Part shown: in pieces, positions 43,692-53,195 of the stretch
How the letters are laid out: every line of letters starts with the position of its first letter
Position numbering within the stretch: position 1 is the first letter of the stretch
From: a virus
Taxonomy: Duplodnaviria > Caudoviricetes
Reading direction: 5' to 3' (one strand)
DNA: 57,624 nt
IMG/VR virus record: IMGVR_UViG_3300025357_000014
Coordinates: 1 to 57,624 of that record
Made by a program: the position numbers and the translations under genes
The notes under the pieces: model-generated
What the model was told of the DNA's origin: nothing
The model's input: the letters and a program-made list of their open reading frames with translations, nothing else
The model's database searches: none

Positions 43692-44050
43692 TAGTAATAT
43701 TCCTCATCATCATTAACTGTGCTATCTTCCATAATCGATTCAAGCTTTTCAATAAATTCTTCTGACGACACAGCTTCATCAATAATGGTATCATCTTCTG
43801 TTGTTTCTTCAATAGCCTCTTCTTCTTTAGAAGTTTGTTGAGTCAAAAGTTCTACTACTACTGATGCAAACTGAGGACCTACAATTTCATCCCACATAGC
43901 AGCAAATTGTGATGGCATTGTTTCAGCTTTGATTTCACCATCAATCAACTTAACCTCACAACCCACTTCTGGTTTAATCCAGTCCCAGTCACCTTTTTCG
44001 TTTTTTACCTGAAGCGTAGCTCCAATGCTTACACTAAGTTTAATTTCCAT
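43691..44050 (-). CDS. acidic hypothetical protein
   Basis: 119-aa ORF with an acidic C-terminus. Confidence 0.7.
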   Translation of the reverse strand: MEIKLSVSIGATLQVKNEKGDWDWIKPEVGCEVKLIDGEIKAETMPSQFAAMWDEIVGPQFASVVVELLTQQTSKEEEAIEETTEDDTIIDEAVSSEEFIEKLESIMEDSTVNDDEEYY

Positions 44051-44378
44051 TGTTACCCTTTTTCTTCTTATCTTCCATCAAACTTTGCAAACTATTCATT
44101 ATATCTTGAGATTCACTCATCAAGTAAGGATCTACTTCTAAACCATTCCTTAATGTAGCTTCCATGAATGATGATATCACACCCATAATTCTTACCACGG
44201 AACTTTCGTAAAAATGATATTCCAAGCGTGGCGACATAGAATCCTGTGGTATATTTTTGCTACTTTCTTCTAATTCCATCATCTTCCTTTGTTTTATATC
44301 TTTTTCAATTTTACCCAACAAATGTGCTAAATAAAATTGTGACGCAGCTTTTAAATAATACTTCTTATATGTTTGCAT
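44040..44378 (-). CDS. hypothetical protein
   Basis: 112-aa ORF with AAGGA SD. Confidence 0.65.
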   Translation of the reverse strand: MQTYKKYYLKAASQFYLAHLLGKIEKDIKQRKMMELEESSKNIPQDSMSPRLEYHFYESSVVRIMGVISSFMEATLRNGLEVDPYLMSESQDIMNSLQSLMEDKKKKGNNGN

Positions 44379-44400
44379 ACTATTCCTTTACTTTACTATG

Positions 44401-44473
44401 TGCCCCAGGCAAGACTCGAACTTGCAACCTGCGGGTTAGAACTCCGATGCTCTATCCGTTGAGCTACTAGGGC
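44401..44473 (-). tRNA. tRNA-Arg(TCT)
   Basis: GCCCTAG-TA-GCTC AACGGATA GAGC-A-TCGGA GTTCTAA CCCGC-AGGTT-GCAAG TTCGAGT CTTGC-CTGGGGC-A; A20 Arg identity element; no encoded CCA; two anticodon-stem mismatches. Confidence 0.85.
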
Positions 44474-44650
44474 TTAATGTTCGATGTTGTGTTCCTTGTC
44501 AAATTGTTTGTGAATCTTTTGCCAGATCTTCTTGCGTCCTAGATAATACCCAAGAACAAAAATAACTAGTTCTTCTACTATAGTAACAATACTTTCAGCA
44601 ATCAAATGATTAGGATCACTAAGAATATGCCACCATGTTTCGTGATGCAT
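44474..44650 (-). CDS. small membrane protein (58 aa)
   Basis: Hand-translated MHHETWWHILSDPNHLIAE...HKQFDKEHNIEH; the stop abuts the tRNA 5' end. Confidence 0.6.
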   Translation of the reverse strand: MHHETWWHILSDPNHLIAESIVTIVEELVIFVLGYYLGRKKIWQKIHKQFDKEHNIEH

Positions 44651-44662
44651 TTTACTCCCTAC

Positions 44663-44890
44663 TTAGTTGGTATCGTATATATTAACATCAATCCCGTTGT
44701 CGCGCAAAACATTAAGTGCTTCTTCGTAAGCTGGATTAACCATGCTATTAGCTGCTGGTGAAGCAGTTTTAATTACACCTTTGATCCACATACTGTTTGG
44801 TCCAGGGTTACTAAATGCAGCTATTAATTTTGGTTGTGCTGGTATCTTAGCTAGTTCAAGCATAATTTTTGCAGCTTGGTTAAGTGTCAT
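44663..44890 (-). CDS. hypothetical protein
   Basis: 75-aa ORF in operon orientation. Confidence 0.6.
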   Translation of the reverse strand: MTLNQAAKIMLELAKIPAQPKLIAAFSNPGPNSMWIKGVIKTASPAANSMVNPAYEEALNVLRDNGIDVNIYDTN

Positions 44891-45052
44891 TACTTCTTAC
44901 ACTTACAATTGCCATTACACTTAGATGTTTCTTCAGGAGCTTTAGACTTTTGGTAAATACCAGCTTTAACACCTTGTGTAAACATGTGAATAAAAAATCC
45001 AACTCCAATAAAAAATAAAGCTGGAAGTATCAATACTAAAATTACGTGCATA

Positions 45053-45235
45053 TTATTCTCCTATATCCCAATCATCATATGATCCCAAACGCACGACATG
45101 TGCACAAGGATCTCCACCGTCTTCCCATGACTGTTCTTCGCTATCATGCATAGGAAAACCATCGTGGGTACTGCAGAACTGTTCACTGCAATATTGGTGG
45201 TCTACACCGTATTGCAACCATTCTTCGAATGTCAT
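45053..45235 (-). CDS. small Cys/His phage protein
   Basis: FEEWL.YG...C...C.THDG.P...E...GGDPC.HVVRL. Confidence 0.7.
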   Translation of the reverse strand: MTFEEWLQYGVDHQYCSEQFCSTHDGFPMHDSEEQSWEDGGDPCAHVVRLGSYDDWDIGE

Positions 45236-45237
45236 AA

Positions 45238-46533
45238 CTATCCAATCTTTGGTGGCACTGAAGCCAAAATCTTACGTTTATCTTCAAGACTCTTTTTTGC
45301 TTCTGAAAAGAGAAGTTTCCATTGCTTACAAATATTAGTCCATGTGTGCTCTTGGATCCAATCGTAAGCAAGATTAGCCTTAGCTTGTGCTTCTTCAGGA
45401 TTATCCTTAATATATAGAATAGCATCAGCTGCTTGTTCTACACTCATCAAAGGACGCATACGTTCATTGTCGTTGTCCTTAATAATCCAGTGAGAAGGCG
45501 TGTGACCACTATCAACAATCCATCCACGTTCAGCATTCTCTCCAAGGATTTCTGGAACACTGGTATTGCGTGGTGCAACTACTGGTAGCTTTGTAGCCAT
45601 GGCTTCAGTAATACTCAACCCCCAACCTTCACCATGAGTAGTGGTTAGGTATGCATCACTAGCATTGTAGATACCGTTCAGAAATTCAACAGGAAACCCA
45701 CTGTGTGCACCAAATTGACGTGGATCTGGAACTGTGAAGTGTTTATTTGGATCAAGACCCATTGCACGTGCCATTTCTAAAACACTGCCACCAAAGTCTT
45801 TTTCTTGCATGTGCATGTAAAGAAATACATCTTCCACGCCACGGTTTACAATTTCTTTCATAATCATAAGACTACGCGAGATATCCTTGCGACCCTGATT
45901 ACGGTTAACATTGGTAACAATAAATTTATCACGCATTTGTTCTGGAAAAATTTGATTACGTGCTTCAGCTCTTTTTAACTTATCCATAGCAAAAAAGTCT
46001 TTAGTATTAGTTCCATGGTAAATAACATGTTGATCATCTGCAAATTCACCAATAAACTTGCGACTTTCATTCTTAGCGTACTCAGTATAAGCAACAGGGT
46101 AATCAAAATGAGCAACACACTTAGTAACCCATTCTTCGCGTGGACCACAATCAAATGGGTAGTAGTAAATAGTTTTAAAACTACCTGGCTTAGTATTCTG
46201 TAGTTCAGCAATCTGAGTAACGATGTCAAGCACAATAAACGTATCTTGCACAATAAAAACCAAATCGTATGGACGTTGTGCTAACATGTCAAGAAATACT
46301 TGACGACCAAATACGTCACCGTATGGTCCTTGTGTGCGAAGAGCACTAATAGCTGGCCATAGAGTACCAGGCCACTTATTAGTATCGTATGGACCACCAT
46401 CGTAATTAACACCTACTACATCAATTTCATACTGACCTGATTTTTGCAATTCTCCCATAATATTTTTCATTACAGTGCCAAATCCAGTACTGCATGCGTA
46501 GTCACCCCACGCAAGCACTCGAGTCTTATTCAT
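45238..46533 (-). CDS. GT-B (family 4-like) glycosyltransferase
   Basis: TGFG, YHG, NRNQGRKD, YNASD, GEGWGLSITEAMA motifs. Confidence 0.88.
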   Translation of the reverse strand: MNKTRVLAWGDYACSTGFGTVMKNIMGELQKSGQYEIDVVGVNYDGGPYDTNKWPGTLWPAISALRTQGPYGDVFGRQVFLDMLAQRPYDLVFIVQDTFIVLDIVTQIAELQNTKPGSFKTIYYYPFDCGPREEWVTKCVAHFDYPVAYTEYAKNESRKFIGEFADDQHVIYHGTNTKDFFAMDKLKRAEARNQIFPEQMRDKFIVTNVNRNQGRKDISRSLMIMKEIVNRGVEDVFLYMHMQEKDFGGSVLEMARAMGLDPNKHFTVPDPRQFGAHSGFPVEFLNGIYNASDAYLTTTHGEGWGLSITEAMATKLPVVAPRNTSVPEILGENAERGWIVDSGHTPSHWIIKDNDNERMRPLMSVEQAADAILYIKDNPEEAQAKANLAYDWIQEHTWTNICKQWKLLFSEAKKSLEDKRKILASVPPKIG

Positions 46534-46543
46534 CCGCTACTCC

Positions 46544-46945
46544 TTATAGATCTTCATCTAGGATAGTATCATCAGCATAATCTGTTGTCAAGTTCTTGTA
46601 TGGTTTTCTGCCACGACCTTTGATTTTTTGATTAGAAACAGCTTCAGCTTTTTTTAACAATTCTTCTTTGACAATTTTATCAGATTCAAACGTGATATTT
46701 TCTACTTTTATGCCCATGCTTTTACGAAGTTTGACACGTTGCACTGGTGTTGTGCCAGCCCAGTATCCATGTTCTTCATACCTTAAAGCATGCTTTAAAC
46801 ATTCATAACTGACTGGGCAAATCTTGCAAGCTTCAATAGCTTCTTTGGAATATTTTTGTCCATGCGATGGATAGAACATTGAGAGATCTAGTTTAGCACA
46901 TATGGCATCATCTTGCCATTTATAATCTACTGTTAAATTTTCCAT
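46544..46945 (-). CDS. whiB: WhiB-family transcription factor with basic AT-hook-like tail
   Basis: WQDDAIC...CKICPVSYECL...GYWAGTT; KGRGRKP near the C-terminus. Confidence 0.85.
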   Translation of the reverse strand: MENLTVDYKWQDDAICAKLDLSMFYPSHGQKYSKEAIEACKICPVSYECLKHALRYEEHGYWAGTTPVQRVKLRKSMGIKVENITFESDKIVKEELLKKAEAVSNQKIKGRGRKPYKNLTTDYADDTILDEDL

Positions 46946-46956
46946 GTTGTTTTACG

Positions 46957-47051
46957 GAAGGGCCTCGGGAGGAGTCAAGGTAAGAACACCGACTGCAACT
47001 CCCGAGGAAGACCAGGCCCTTCAGGAAGAAGCTTTAGATTAAGCTCTCTTC
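46957..47051 (-). promoter_or_regulatory. GC-rich structured leader upstream of whiB
   Basis: GAAGGGCC/GGCCCTTC and CCTCGGGAG/CTCCCGAGG helices plus a second hairpin at 47025-47051. Confidence 0.45.
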
Positions 47052-47093
47052 ACTATCTAGGACCAGTTTTCCTTCTTTTTTACATCCTTTCAA

Positions 47094-48950
47094 TTAAAAT
47101 AGGAACCCTTTGGGGGTTAAATCAATAGTATCTTCCATGTCGGCGTTTTCGTCTACAACTCCCCTAATGGCTTCCGCCTCTGCTCTTCTTCTAAGAATTT
47201 TTGCATCCACCCGCTCTTCAATAGTTCCCACTGCGACTGGACGGTAGATCCAGGTATGACTAATGCCCTTTGACTTGCTATCGGCACGATTGATACGGTT
47301 TGCCCTTTGTTTGTAGTCTGAGTAAGTCCTAGGAATTTCGATGTTCCAAAGATATGGTGCATATAAATTTAAACCTTCCTGACCTACGTCACTGGTAATA
47401 AGTATAGCAGGTCCTTTGGTCTCGTTGAAAATTTTAATATTTTTGGTTACTTGATCACTGCTCATACCCACTCCCCAAATTGGCAAAATTGGAATACCAG
47501 CAAATTTTGTTTTTAATGCTTCTAGGTATGGGAACAAAGTTCCATGTGTCCAAAAGGTGAACAAAACTGCTTTGTCGCCATTCTCAATATAAGATTCCAA
47601 ATTGTCTTCAATCAATTGATACTTAGAACTATTAAGAATGCTAATGTCTGATCCAAACTCAGCTACAATTTCTTTAGCAAAATTACCATCGCTGTTTTTA
47701 AGGCCTTCCGTAGAATTACAAATCATGCGAAGAGTATCAATATAAGACCAGTTGGCTACAGTGTTATCAGGATTATAACGTTCACGAGCACGTTCTTCAG
47801 CCCAATCATAAATCTCACGATCAATATCTGACAGTTCATACACTAAACGTTTTGGCATGCTTTCTGGGAATTGAGAAGCAATTGTTGGATCACTCTTCAT
47901 TGCAATGTGAGTCCAATCTTCGTGCTTCTTGCCAAGAACGGGCAGTTTATTGCGATCCCATTCCTTGACATACGTTTCCTGGACGAACCCATTGTTGAAA
48001 AAACCAAATTCTTTTCCATACATAGCTTTGAACTTGTCTCTATTCATGTCGCTTACGTCAGGAATGCCAGGTGCCACAACTGCCATAATATTGCGAATGT
48101 TTAAAGGGCTGGTTGTGTAGGGAGTGGCAGTCAGTGCCAGAACTTTAGCGTCAATACCTTCTTGATTGATGAGTTTGAAGAATCCATCGCTCAAAAGGCT
48201 GGTTCCTGTATTAATCTTCTGGGATTCGTCAATTACAACAAGAATGCGTTTACCCTTTACCATTTCCAGTACTTGTTCTAAATCAGTACGGTCATAAGAT
48301 TTAACCCTACGACGTTCTCCTTTGACTTTTTTCATAGACCCATCACGGACTTTTTCATAGTTAAGTACTAACACTTGAGCTTGGGTTTCTTTGTAAAATG
48401 CATGACGTTTAATACGTGTCATTTTTTCATTAACCCGATCAACCGTAAGGTGGGTCATACGTTTGTATTCTTGTTCCCAGTCATATTGTTTGATTTTTTT
48501 GCAGAAAACTAATACCTGATCAATATCGTTATTGTCAAAAAGTTTTTGACTTGTTAAGCAACTGAGTAGAGTTTTACCAGCACCTGTGTCCCATTGCACC
48601 AAAACTCTTGGTTTATCAGAATGCATTTGTTCCCATACGTAATTCAATCCAACATGTTGAAAAGGGAATAATTGGTGATCAACCAGGAAAGGGCTATTAA
48701 CTTCATAAGGGTTCTTACTACAAGCCAAAAGTGTATAATAACGTTCTTTAGCAGATTCGTCTTCAAACGACAATTCATATCCGTTATACCTGATCAAATC
48801 ATCAAACATACTGATTTTGTCACGATTACGAAGAGTACCGTAAGAATCTAAAGAAAATAATTTCTTGACTTCTTGGTCCAAGGAGCTGTATCTTAGTACA
48901 CCATTGAGAGTTTCACTACGTTGAACATATATATTCTTTTCCAAAGACAT
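47094..48950 (-). CDS. SNF2-family (SF2) helicase
   Basis: LFPFQ, DTGAGKT, IDESQ, LTATP, EGLNL, QRANRINR motifs; TGATATGAT -10 box 6 nt before the ATG suggests a leaderless transcript. Confidence 0.88.
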   Translation of the reverse strand: MSLEKNIYVQRSETLNGVLRYSSLDQEVKKLFSLDSYGTLRNRDKISMFDDLIRYNGYELSFEDESAKERYYTLLACSKNPYEVNSPFLVDHQLFPFQHVGLNYVWEQMHSDKPRVLVQWDTGAGKTLLSCLTSQKLFDNNDIDQVLVFCKKIKQYDWEQEYKRMTHLTVDRVNEKMTRIKRHAFYKETQAQVLVLNYEKVRDGSMKKVKGERRRVKSYDRTDLEQVLEMVKGKRILVVIDESQKINTGTSLLSDGFFKLINQEGIDAKVLALTATPYTTSPLNIRNIMAVVAPGIPDVSDMNRDKFKAMYGKEFGFFNNGFVQETYVKEWDRNKLPVLGKKHEDWTHIAMKSDPTIASQFPESMPKRLVYELSDIDREIYDWAEERARERYNPDNTVANWSYIDTLRMICNSTEGLKNSDGNFAKEIVAEFGSDISILNSSKYQLIEDNLESYIENGDKAVLFTFWTHGTLFPYLEALKTKFAGIPILPIWGVGMSSDQVTKNIKIFNETKGPAILITSDVGQEGLNLYAPYLWNIEIPRTYSDYKQRANRINRADSKSKGISHTWIYRPVAVGTIEERVDAKILRRRAEAEAIRGVVDENADMEDTIDLTPKGFLF

Positions 48951-48981
48951 GAGTAAATCATATCAGAAACCAAGAATTAAA

Positions 48982-51900
48982 TCAAATTGAATTATATATA
49001 AACTGAGATGTTACGTAGTAAGTAGATGGTCCAGCAATAATTGGTATTTGAAAACGTTCAGGGAAAGTTAACGATGTATTCTGGAAGTAAGGTTTTTGGT
49101 CTACTACTGTACGTGACTCTAACTCGTTGGTTTTACTATTACCAATATAGTCCATATTCATTTCTGCATAATATGGATTAGATTTATAATAAGGAACAAT
49201 ACTCATTCCAGATATAAAAATGTTTGGGTCCAAAGCAGTCATTCTCATTTGTATGCCGCTTGCTGGTAAACCTGATGTAGTGCTAATAAAGAAGTTAGGA
49301 TTATTGACATTACCAGTTATGTAATGATAGTTATTTGGATACGTTGAACCACTAAATGTAGTATATTCATATCGCAACGGGTAGTAAAATGGTGCATTTG
49401 CAGCTACATAAAATACTTCGTTTACTCCACCATTTAACTGTTCAATTTCGGTAAAAAATTGCGTATAGTTTTTAGCAGTAAATCCTGTTAATTCAACATC
49501 GTACCATGTATTAAGTGGAACCATCATTGGTGCAAAATCGTGAAATACTAGAACATTTTTGTTTCCTGCATCATCAAGAGCATTTAAAGAAAAACGATAT
49601 GCACCGTTATTAGTAAACGGCAATAAAATTCTCATAAGTGCACTAATACGCATATTGGCACGATCTTGTGGGGTAATCCATGAATTTGATGGTGTTGGGA
49701 ATACACCAAGTTGAAATAGTTTATATTTTGGCAAATTATTGCCACTAATAACTAATTGAATGGTGCCAGCTGGAATACCGCTAATAGTGTAGTTGGTAGC
49801 TGCTAAAGAACCAATATTACTGCTTGTTCCACTAATATATGTTAACGTATTACCACTAACAGTAGTTCCAGATATAATTGTGTTAGATACTGGATTATAA
49901 AAACGAGTACTTGCTGAAAGAGTTCCGTTTACTTTTGAAATACCAGATGCTGTACCAGAAACTTGTGAATTTACTGTAAAATAATAATTAGTACCAGAGG
50001 TTAATTGATTGTATTCACCAAAACCAACATTACCAAGTCCAGGTGCAGCAAATTGTAGCTTCCATGGCTCTGCTCCACCGTAACCAACGCCTGGAATTGT
50101 CCATGTATAAATAGCAGTAAACGATCCACCACTAACGGTTATGCCACTTGCTGTTCCAGAAACCTGTTGGTTGATTGTATTTCCATTAACCCATTGGACA
50201 GTTGTTGGTGTGATTGTTGTTCCGCTACCTGCACTCCAATTTGAATTATCAATAAAATTAGCATAGTCATAATAAAGCAAGTTTCTTGATCCAGAATATG
50301 TAGGAGAAGAAATGCTGTATCCAACACCAGGTATATTTTGTGTTACAGAAATAATAGAACTAGTTCCAAGATTGCCAACTTTTTGTCCTACAGCATTATA
50401 AAAATAATTGCTATTGAGGTTGTTTGGATCATTCATTAATACTTGATCATCAGTAAGGAAACTTGACCAGTCACTATCAATTGAACCAAAGTTAAAACTA
50501 TTAAATGTTTCAATGGTTGGAAACCATGGCGTGGATGCTTGGTCATCAGGATTCATTACAATATAACCAGTACCTGATGCCACAAATCCATCAGGTTGAT
50601 TTGGTATTAAATTTTGAGGAGTAATACGAATATCATCGTATAGTTGTTCATAGAAAGCAGTTAAGTATTGAATACCAGTAAAATATGCTTGGTGCCAAAC
50701 TTGATTAAAAGTTGTTTGCGTATAATTGTGAACTTGAACATTTGGGAATCGACGTTGCAAAAATTGATTGTATGCAACACCATTATAATTACCATTTGCA
50801 TCAACTGTTTTGTAACTTACAGTTGGATCAAAAACATAAGAATTGGTATTGTTGCCTACAGTTGTTGTGTTCCCACCAAGTTGAGAATCGTTAAGAGCAC
50901 TAAGTTGTGGCCAAGAATTTTTGTTAGCAACTGTGTTAGATGAAAGACCAAACAATGTTGATGAATTAATATTAGTATTGGTAATAGTTTGTGGATTGTT
51001 GTTGTTTCCAATGTAAGAATATTGCACTGAATTACCATCAATAATTTGATTTTCAAGATTGTAATAATATTCTTCAACATCAGCAGGAAAAACATTAATT
51101 GTTCGTGGTACACTATCAAATGGCAAATCGTACGCCTCAGCGACAAGTTTTACAAATTCAAATTTTAAATATGTAGCTGTAGTTTGTGGTATTTCATAAG
51201 TACCTTTACGAAGCGTAAAATCGTTTGGAATAGGTGTCCATGTAAATGTATTTGGATCTATTGTTCCGCTATTGGTAGATTGTGTTGTAAAATAAATATT
51301 AAAACGACAACCGCTGTAAAGTGGATCAATATATAAACGATTGATAGTTTTTGGATTTAATGAGTCATCAGTTAAACATGCATAAAAATAAACAATAGAA
51401 TCACTAGTAGGTTGTGGTCCAGATTTCCAATATAAATTATCATTGGTAAACATATTATTTACTGGATAATTTGCAAAAGAATAATTTTCTAGAAATCCAA
51501 AACGATTTTGAGTATTAATTGATGCTGGCATCATACCCATTGTTGGTGCAGATGTATTTGACGGAATATCAGAATATTGCAAAACTAACAATCTGACTGA
51601 GAATGCTTGAACACCAACTGAATAAGCTACGTTAGTAGCAATACCGTTAGTGACAGTTTGAATTGCTATGGTTCTCGTAATTTTTAATTGCAATTGCAAA
51701 GTTGAAAAAGTTTGAGGCGCTATATATGTTAAACGAGTAAATTCATTTGTTGTAAATATATTAGAACCACCATTTACTACAAACGTAGAAGATCCTGGTG
51801 CTGGAATTATGTTGCCGCTATTTGCATCAAGATATAATATTTCTACAAAACAAGGAACATTCAATATATCAAAAGTGATATAATTAAGATCTGTTTCAAT

Positions 51901-52206
51901 AGCTAGATCATAAGTTAATATTACTGGTGTGCTATTTGGACCACCAAAATCTTGAGTCGAAATCCAATTTGTTTCTAATGATTGATTAAATGCAATAGCA
52001 TTATTGTGTCCATTAATAATATTGGTATTTGGATCGGTGTAACCAGTTTTATTAGTGAGGCTACGACCAATGGTATCAATAACACCTGTTTGTGCATAAA
52101 CTTTGTTATATACTAATCCATCTAATGTCAATGGTGGCAAAGAACCAATTGGACCATTTGCTACATAATCTTTTAATGGATCTGTATGGTTAGGTAGAAC
52201 TGACAT
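48982..52206 (-). CDS. large baseplate/tail structural protein
   Basis: 1074 aa, N/T/S/G-rich and beta-strand-like; in an operon with baseplate genes. Confidence 0.7.
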   Translation of the reverse strand: MSVLPNHTDPLKDYVANGPIGSLPPLTLDGLVYNKVYAQTGVIDTIGRSLTNKTGYTDPNTNIINGHNNAIAFNQSLETNWISTQDFGGPNSTPVILTYDLAIETDLNYITFDILNVPCFVEILYLDANSGNIIPAPGSSTFVVNGGSNIFTTNEFTRLTYIAPQTFSTLQLQLKITRTIAIQTVTNGIATNVAYSVGVQAFSVRLLVLQYSDIPSNTSAPTMGMMPASINTQNRFGFLENYSFANYPVNNMFTNDNLYWKSGPQPTSDSIVYFYACLTDDSLNPKTINRLYIDPLYSGCRFNIYFTTQSTNSGTIDPNTFTWTPIPNDFTLRKGTYEIPQTTATYLKFEFVKLVAEAYDLPFDSVPRTINVFPADVEEYYYNLENQIIDGNSVQYSYIGNNNNPQTITNTNINSSTLFGLSSNTVANKNSWPQLSALNDSQLGGNTTTVGNNTNSYVFDPTVSYKTVDANGNYNGVAYNQFLQRRFPNVQVHNYTQTTFNQVWHQAYFTGIQYLTAFYEQLYDDIRITPQNLIPNQPDGFVASGTGYIVMNPDDQASTPWFPTIETFNSFNFGSIDSDWSSFLTDDQVLMNDPNNLNSNYFYNAVGQKVGNLGTSSIISVTQNIPGVGYSISSPTYSGSRNLLYYDYANFIDNSNWSAGSGTTITPTTVQWVNGNTINQQVSGTASGITVSGGSFTAIYTWTIPGVGYGGAEPWKLQFAAPGLGNVGFGEYNQLTSGTNYYFTVNSQVSGTASGISKVNGTLSASTRFYNPVSNTIISGTTVSGNTLTYISGTSSNIGSLAATNYTISGIPAGTIQLVISGNNLPKYKLFQLGVFPTPSNSWITPQDRANMRISALMRILLPFTNNGAYRFSLNALDDAGNKNVLVFHDFAPMMVPLNTWYDVELTGFTAKNYTQFFTEIEQLNGGVNEVFYVAANAPFYYPLRYEYTTFSGSTYPNNYHYITGNVNNPNFFISTTSGLPASGIQMRMTALDPNIFISGMSIVPYYKSNPYYAEMNMDYIGNSKTNELESRTVVDQKPYFQNTSLTFPERFQIPIIAGPSTYYVTSQFIYNSI

Positions 52207-53195
52207 TATTGTGCACCATACATCGTTGAAGTAACTTGCAAAGTTGGTTGAGCAACACTTTGACCAGGGCCATTTATACCATTATTATCGGTAGAAGTAA
52301 CGTTGGCAATATTCCCAGTAGCATCTATAGATATTTCTTGGGTTTGTAGGTGAGCAAAATAAGGTGCATTAATTGGCATTCCATTCATCAACCAATAACG
52401 TGTTGAAGCACCAATTGGAATATTTATTGGAGTTACAATGTTGTTAGCAGTTACTGACGGTTGAAGGTAAAAATATTCAGAATAACCAGCTGGTTCCATT
52501 GTAGTTGGGTTTCCATTCATATCCATTCCAGATATAGCTACAGAAGTAAGTGGGATTTGATTTAATGTGTTTTGGACTGGACCAAAACTAATAATAAAAT
52601 TAGAAGGTATAATACTTTGAATAACTTGTAGAATTGCTTGTGCTTTTCCTTGATCCCAAGTAAAGAAAGAACCATCACTTATTGGAAGAAGAACAATTTC
52701 TTGATCACTGTTTACACCTGATCTACCATAACCTTTTGTTCTCCAACCTTCTACAGCATAGAATCTAATACCGCATGATGCTTCACATAACGTTAAAATT
52801 GCCCATAGAGTAGCACCGGTTTGGTAAGCTTCTGCTGCACCCAACAAACGTTCTCTATAATTAGCATCTTTGCGAACAATTTCTTGCCATTGAATTTGTT
52901 GCAATTGGTCAATGAATGGATTAGTGGCAAAACTATAAATTTCTGATGATAGTCGTTTCATATTGAAAATTTGACCAAGGATATTGTCCAAATTATCAAA
53001 TTCAATAGTTTCTTGACCTAATCTAGCTACAGTTTGAATATTTTTTAATTGACCAGTTCCACTATTGCCTAACAAAATTGTCATCAAAGTAGTTAAATAA
53101 TCACCTTCATTAAAATTATAAACTGTTTCAGGAAAATTTAAAACTTTAGAAGCTAAAGTTGAATGCGGTGATATTGAAAAAATATTACCAGCCAT
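52206..53195 (-). CDS. baseplate wedge protein (gpI-like)
   Basis: LDNILGQIFNMKR...D..YRERL...G.T; follows the baseplate J gene. Confidence 0.65.
   Translation of the reverse strand: MAGNIFSISPHSTLASKVLNFPETVYNFNEGDYLTTLMTILLGNSGTGQLKNIQTVARLGQETIEFDNLDNILGQIFNMKRLSSEIYSFATNPFIDQLQQIQWQEIVRKDANYRERLLGAAEAYQTGATLWAILTLCEASCGIRFYAVEGWRTKGYGRSGVNSDQEIVLLPISDGSFFTWDQGKAQAILQVIQSIIPSNFIISFGPVQNTLNQIPLTSVAISGMDMNGNPTTMEPAGYSEYFYLQPSVTANNIVTPINIPIGASTRYWLMNGMPINAPYFAHLQTQEISIDATGNIANVTSTDNNGINGPGQSVAQPTLQVTSTMYGAQ

Noticed and set aside
44401-44473. Reading the tRNA anticodon as CTA (amber suppressor) and inferring stop-codon recoding
   Set aside because: Canonical spacing places TCT at 34-36, the D loop has the Arg identity A20, and many genes end cleanly at TAG with full-length conserved proteins.
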